Origin: Clostridiales bacterium
GTDB taxonomy: Bacteria > Bacillota > Clostridia > Caldicoprobacterales > UBA3941
DNA length: 43,947 nucleotides
Assembly: GCA_012518075.1 (NCBI GenBank)
Contig: JAAYTG010000025.1
Location: 1 to 43,947 of the forward strand
Reading direction: 5' to 3'
The notes beneath the pieces were generated by a model that was not told where the DNA came from, did not search any database, and saw nothing but the letters and a program-made list of their open reading frames with translations. The translations under genes and the position numbers were made by a program. This document shows positions 43,571-43,947 of the stretch, one piece after another. The stretch's first letter is position 1. Every line of letters begins with the position of its first letter.

Positions 43571-43596
43571 AAGCGGAATAAAACCGCTTTACCTCC
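43571..43596 (-). promoter_or_regulatory. Discontinuous ribosome-binding site: the SD GGAGG is separated from the pepF ATG by a 19-nt hairpin.
   Basis: The minus strand reads GGAGG-ta-[AAGCGG-ttttatt-CCGCTT]-atacac-ATG. SD at 43592-43596, hairpin at 43571-43589, ATG at 43562-43564. Confidence 0.5.
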
Positions 43597-43747
43597 TTTC
43601 AACTTTTGGTTTTTTTATAGCCCCATAAATAAAATTCTATACAAGGTAAGAATATGGAATAGGACTTTAGTTAACTAACATATATATAATTATCAGTAAT
43701 GGCTTTTATTAGTCCTTTAGTGCTATTATACATTAGGAGTGGATATA

Positions 43748-43947
43748 ATGAAAAAGAATTTTCTAATTTTTATCTTTCTTTTAATTCTAGTTATTATAAT
43801 CCTAGGCTGCACCAAAAATCAGGTACTTGATCCTATCTACCATAGCACTGAGGAACCTAAGGCAAAAGTTCAACAAAAATCAACCTCTATTATTAATATG
43901 ACTGACTTAGAGATAATAAAAAAAAGTTCTGACTATTTAAAGACTCA
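43748..43947 (+). CDS. Lipoprotein, N-terminal fragment. The 3' end runs off the window.
   Basis: ATG at 43748 with AGGAG ~9 nt upstream. My translation is MKKNFLIFIFLLILVIIILGCTKNQVLDPIYHSTEEPKAKVQQKSTSIINMTDLEIIKKSSDYLKT, with lipobox ILGC. The frame stays open to the window end. Confidence 0.65.
   Translation, partial: MKKNFLIFIFLLILVIIILGCTKNQVLDPIYHSTEEPKAKVQQKSTSIINMTDLEIIKKSSDYLKT

Noticed and set aside
1-43947. CRISPR arrays, IS elements, integrases, prophage or defence-island content.
   Set aside because: I saw no regularly spaced direct repeats. No transposase-, recombinase- or phage-like ORF is in the track. I noticed no abrupt change in composition or strand bias. The window reads as conserved core chromosome.

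Overview
AT-rich chromosomal segment that looks like the core genome of a spore-forming Clostridia-class Firmicute. I infer this from the gene set, strong GGAGG Shine-Dalgarno sites, many TTG/GTG starts, and the presence of cwlD. About 30 of 35 genes are on the minus strand. Reading left to right on the plus strand: rlmD/rumA (partial); an FMN-binding lipoprotein; ybgC-type thioesterase, pyk, pfkA, two small proteins and dnaE; crh, whiA, rapZ, a PHP phosphoesterase, murB, an orphan solute-binding protein, glcK, hprK, a Cof-HAD phosphatase and uvrC; a small ECF-S-like membrane protein; a class B PBP and a RodA/FtsW pair; a 490-bp gene-free region; an orphan receiver domain; cdaR and cdaA; a two-gene AmmeMemoRadiSam module; cwlD; a 2,862-aa cyclic beta-1,2-glucan-synthase-type giant protein; a membrane protein and a TIM-barrel isomerase; ychF; pepF; and a partial lipoprotein. 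I found no transposase, integrase, phage gene, CRISPR array, rRNA or tRNA. Most of the window is ordinary housekeeping. The parts worth a second look are: (1) the giant Cgs-like enzyme and its structured leader; (2) the AmmeMemoRadiSam variant, where a LigB-like domain is fused to AMMECR1; (3) the 23.5-24.0 kb intergenic region, which has an orphan intrinsic terminator (candidate sRNA) and an unexplained GC-rich island, next to a single-domain receiver whose phospho-acceptor Asp is Glu; (4) a discontinuous SD/hairpin/start arrangement at pepF. All calls come from reading the supplied translations and the DNA by eye. No BLAST, HMM or RNA-folding run was possible, so family assignments rest on recognised motifs and synteny.
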